A stretch of 63,661 nt of DNA, counting the filler, from Octopus bimaculoides (lineage: Eukaryota), in the NCBI RefSeq assembly GCF_001194135.2. It is 6 parts of 5 records of this genome, joined end to end, with 100 filler letters (N's around TTAATTAATTAA, not from the genome) between each part and the next. Parts side by side here need not be neighbours in the genome. Positions count along the whole stretch, not along the records: positions 60,342 to 63,661 come from NC_068984.1; 5 more parts are not named here. One strand, 5' to 3'. A program made the position numbers and the translations under genes. Under the pieces are notes generated by a model, which was not told where the DNA came from, ran no database searches, and was given only the letters and a program-made list of their open reading frames with translations. This document shows positions 61,138 to 63,661 of this stretch, piece after piece (position 1 is the stretch's first letter; each line of letters begins with the position of its first letter).

Positions 61138-61425
61138 GTTATTATTATTATTAGCTTATGAAAATTGATGTGACTCATCACGAAGGTGAATAATATGGGC
61201 GTAAAGGCGCTGAGCTGGCAGAGTGGTTAGCGCGCCGGGCAAAATGCTTAGCGGTATTTCGTCTGTCTTTACGTACTGAGTTCAAAATCCGCCGAAGTCG
61301 ACTTTGCATTTCATCCTCTCGGAGTCGATAAATTAAATAACAGTTGCGTACTGGGGTCGATCTAATCGACTGGCCCCCCACTCCCCCAAAATTTCGGGCT
61401 TTGTTCCTAGTGTAGAAAAGAATAA
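60861..61425 (+). mobile_element. Two SINE family 1 copies, the first with a long (ATT)n tail
   Basis: 60861-61080 plus (ATT)n to ~61153, and 61201-61425. Confidence 0.9.
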
Positions 61426-62659
61426 TAAGGGCGTGATATCATGTGTGATAAAATGATGTGTTAACTCTGTTTATTGAACTGAACTATATTTGGACGGTAT
61501 GTCTGTCTTCCTTGGATTCAAAATGGAAAACGAAAGATACTCCAGGATACAGAAATTCAAAATATGAACGGGAGTATCCTCCGTTCCTTTCAATTCAAAA
61601 CGACGTTACCAAGTTTTGCCTTTTTATAACTGGTAATATGGGAAAAGTGAAGAAGGGGAAATGGTAAGAAGGTAACATGGAAAAAGTGAAGAAGAAAGAA
61701 AATGAAAGAAAACAAAGAAGGGAACACTTAGTCAAAAAGTTTTATGTAGATCTGAAGGAATTCTTCTGTCATTTTGTTCGTTTCTCATCTAGGGCGTAGC
61801 GTTGCTAAGTCGCAAATATATTTATCCCCGTGTTTTGGAGACAGAAACTTCAGTGGAGTCAGAATATTTTCTGAGAATGTGTACTTTCAGGCGGTCCTCA
61901 ATTTTACAGCTGTTTCATATAAAATAGACAAGCTCCATAGAAATACATTTTTTTTGTGCCTGACGTCATACCTATGGCCGTCGAATCTTTTGTTTCCTTT
62001 TCTGTTGTGCAACTAGCATAAATGAAGTTGCATCTAGTGCACTCAACTGCATACGCCAAATGGGAATTGTCACTGGTCCTACCTCCTGTATAAATCATAA
62101 CATTAGTTATAGTTTGAGATAGATTTGTCCTGACTGAGGCTGTTGCACAATGAACAGAACTTGACTATCTTGCAACTTTTCTCAGTGGTACAGCATTCAG
62201 AAACTCCATCGGAGTCTTTATTATGATTAAAGATCTCTTATATTTTTGACGCAACAAAAGGCTACCATAAAACACAGGTGTTCTTTGGTCGAAATGCAAA
62301 ATCCTAGATTCAGTGTCATTTATGAAACTCTTTTCCTCCAGTTAACTAGACTTAACTATCTTGTAAGCATTATCATTGTAATCCAACCACGTTCTTTCCC
62401 TGCATTCGCTTCACCTGTGAGCTTTGAACGGAAGGGATAGGAAGACCTTCAAAGAACATGAATCCTGCTCGTCTTTCTTTAATTGTTTTTTGTTAAAAAA
62501 AAAAACTGCTCAATTGTCTTTGAGTAGATTAATAAAAGAACTAATTTAAGTCAATAATTCTGGTTAATTTTCGCTGTCAGATGTTTGAAAATATAAAACG
62601 ATAGAAAATGTAGAAACAAACAAAAAACGAAAAAATGAATTTTTCTGCATAATACTTAC

Positions 62660-62805
62660 ACATTTTCGGCTTCTTTGATTGTGTCTGGAAGTTTACGTCC
62701 TCGTGTTTCTGGTAAAATGAAGGTGAGGGCAGCAGCAATGAGGGCCATACCACCGAACATAAATAATGGTATCGAGCGGCCGAGACTTCCTCCGATAACG
62801 TAACC
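62660..62805 (-). CDS. SLC22/organic cation transporter-like (MFS) exon: last transmembrane helix and start of the cytoplasmic tail
   Basis: 146-bp exon with a polypyrimidine tract plus aattAG acceptor and a GTAAGT donor. Reads GYVIGGSLGRSIPLFMFGGMALIAAALTFILPETRGRKLPDTIKEAEN, containing the SLC22 signature LPET.G..LP.TI..AE. Upstream exons lie beyond the window. The ORF track shows this region in a different frame. Confidence 0.87.
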
Positions 62806-63381
62806 CTAATTAAGAGACACAAGAGCACAAAATGAGAATGTGACATTTTAGATACGTTTAAAACTGAAGAATCCTTTGATATCACCCATGTAACAGCAAT
62901 AACCTTCTTGACTCATCTAGAGCCTTGGTCTTCACCTAATTAGGTTAATTTTGATGAACAGTACCTTGCCATTACAATCAGAGAACCTATACATGGGCTC
63001 TCAGAAATAGCAGAAATAACCGGCAAATCTCTCTAAGACAATACCATACCCTCTTTAAATATAGAATGCGTTGAATGATGTAGTCTTAGATATACCATGA
63101 CTAAAAATAAAGCCTGTCGATTACAACTGGATCAGAGTCAATCTACCAAAGCTAAAGAACAACATCAACAATAGTAACAAAGGCGAAATATTATTGGTAC
63201 GAAGAGTAAATAGAGTGAAATGCCTCGGCTAGGAATCGAATTTTCACTTCGGAAACCTTACAATCCTTAACCAATAGAGAGTTCATGTAGAAGTTGTCGG
63301 TCACGATTAAACCGTAGGTCAGCTCGGATCAATCAGGTTGAAATCAAATATATATGTATATATATATATATNNNNNNNNNN

Positions 63382-63420
<39 letters not shown>

Positions 63421-63661
63421 AGAAGAAAATGGAGGAAAAATAAGAAACAGAAGTGTGTCTTTTGAGCTAGCAACCCATAATGTAATTAGTAACTAAAGGT
63501 AAGAGTGAGAGTGAAATTGTTACCCGTTAAATTACCTGCTGCGGTATACTTTTTACCAAGGAACATACCTACTGAGGTAATTACCAGAAGTGCCTTTGGA
63601 TATATCTATCCCTTAGAGGCTTTAAACACCTCTAACTTATACCTGAATATATATATATATA

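Noticed and set aside
62577-62885. ORF MSHSHFVLLCLLIRVTLSEE..., resembling a signal peptide
   Set aside because: The hydrophobic stretch is the translated polypyrimidine tract of an intron. The real exon is in another frame (SLC22 motif).
1-63661. CRISPR arrays, rRNA, operons or other prokaryotic or viral systems
   Set aside because: None seen. Repeats are microsatellites or dispersed eukaryotic transposons, and genes have spliceosomal introns.

Overview
This is AT-rich, microsatellite-dense, gapped eukaryotic genomic DNA. The tRNA-derived SINE families and repeat landscape point to an octopus or other coleoid cephalopod draft assembly (inference, no database check). Host coding sequence I can support: (i) an intact, intronless 272-aa ORF (25007-25825, +) for a highly diverged cyclin A-like protein that lacks the N-terminal degron region and the two canonical CDK-contact residues; (ii) two in-frame-splicing exons of a laminin alpha-3/5 (LanA-type) gene (55686-55785 and 54187-54343, -), stranded between two artificial scaffold linkers; (iii) a near-terminal exon of an SLC22-type transporter (62660-62805, -). 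The rest is mostly transposon debris: four SINE families, CR1-type and related LINE fragments, mariner copies and a MITE, a Gypsy gag remnant, and a Penelope-like GIY-YIG element. The most notable pattern is a guild of 5'-truncated retroelements, each tied to one microsatellite motif and strand: two R4/Dong-like families in (TAA)n, two families in (CATA)n, one with a (GAAA)n tail. Minimal, dimer-type hammerhead ribozymes also occur, three in short units bordered by (TA)n or (CA)n repeats and one in the Penelope element. Repeat boundaries are approximate (about +/-10 bp); exon, ORF, hairpin and linker coordinates were counted by hand.
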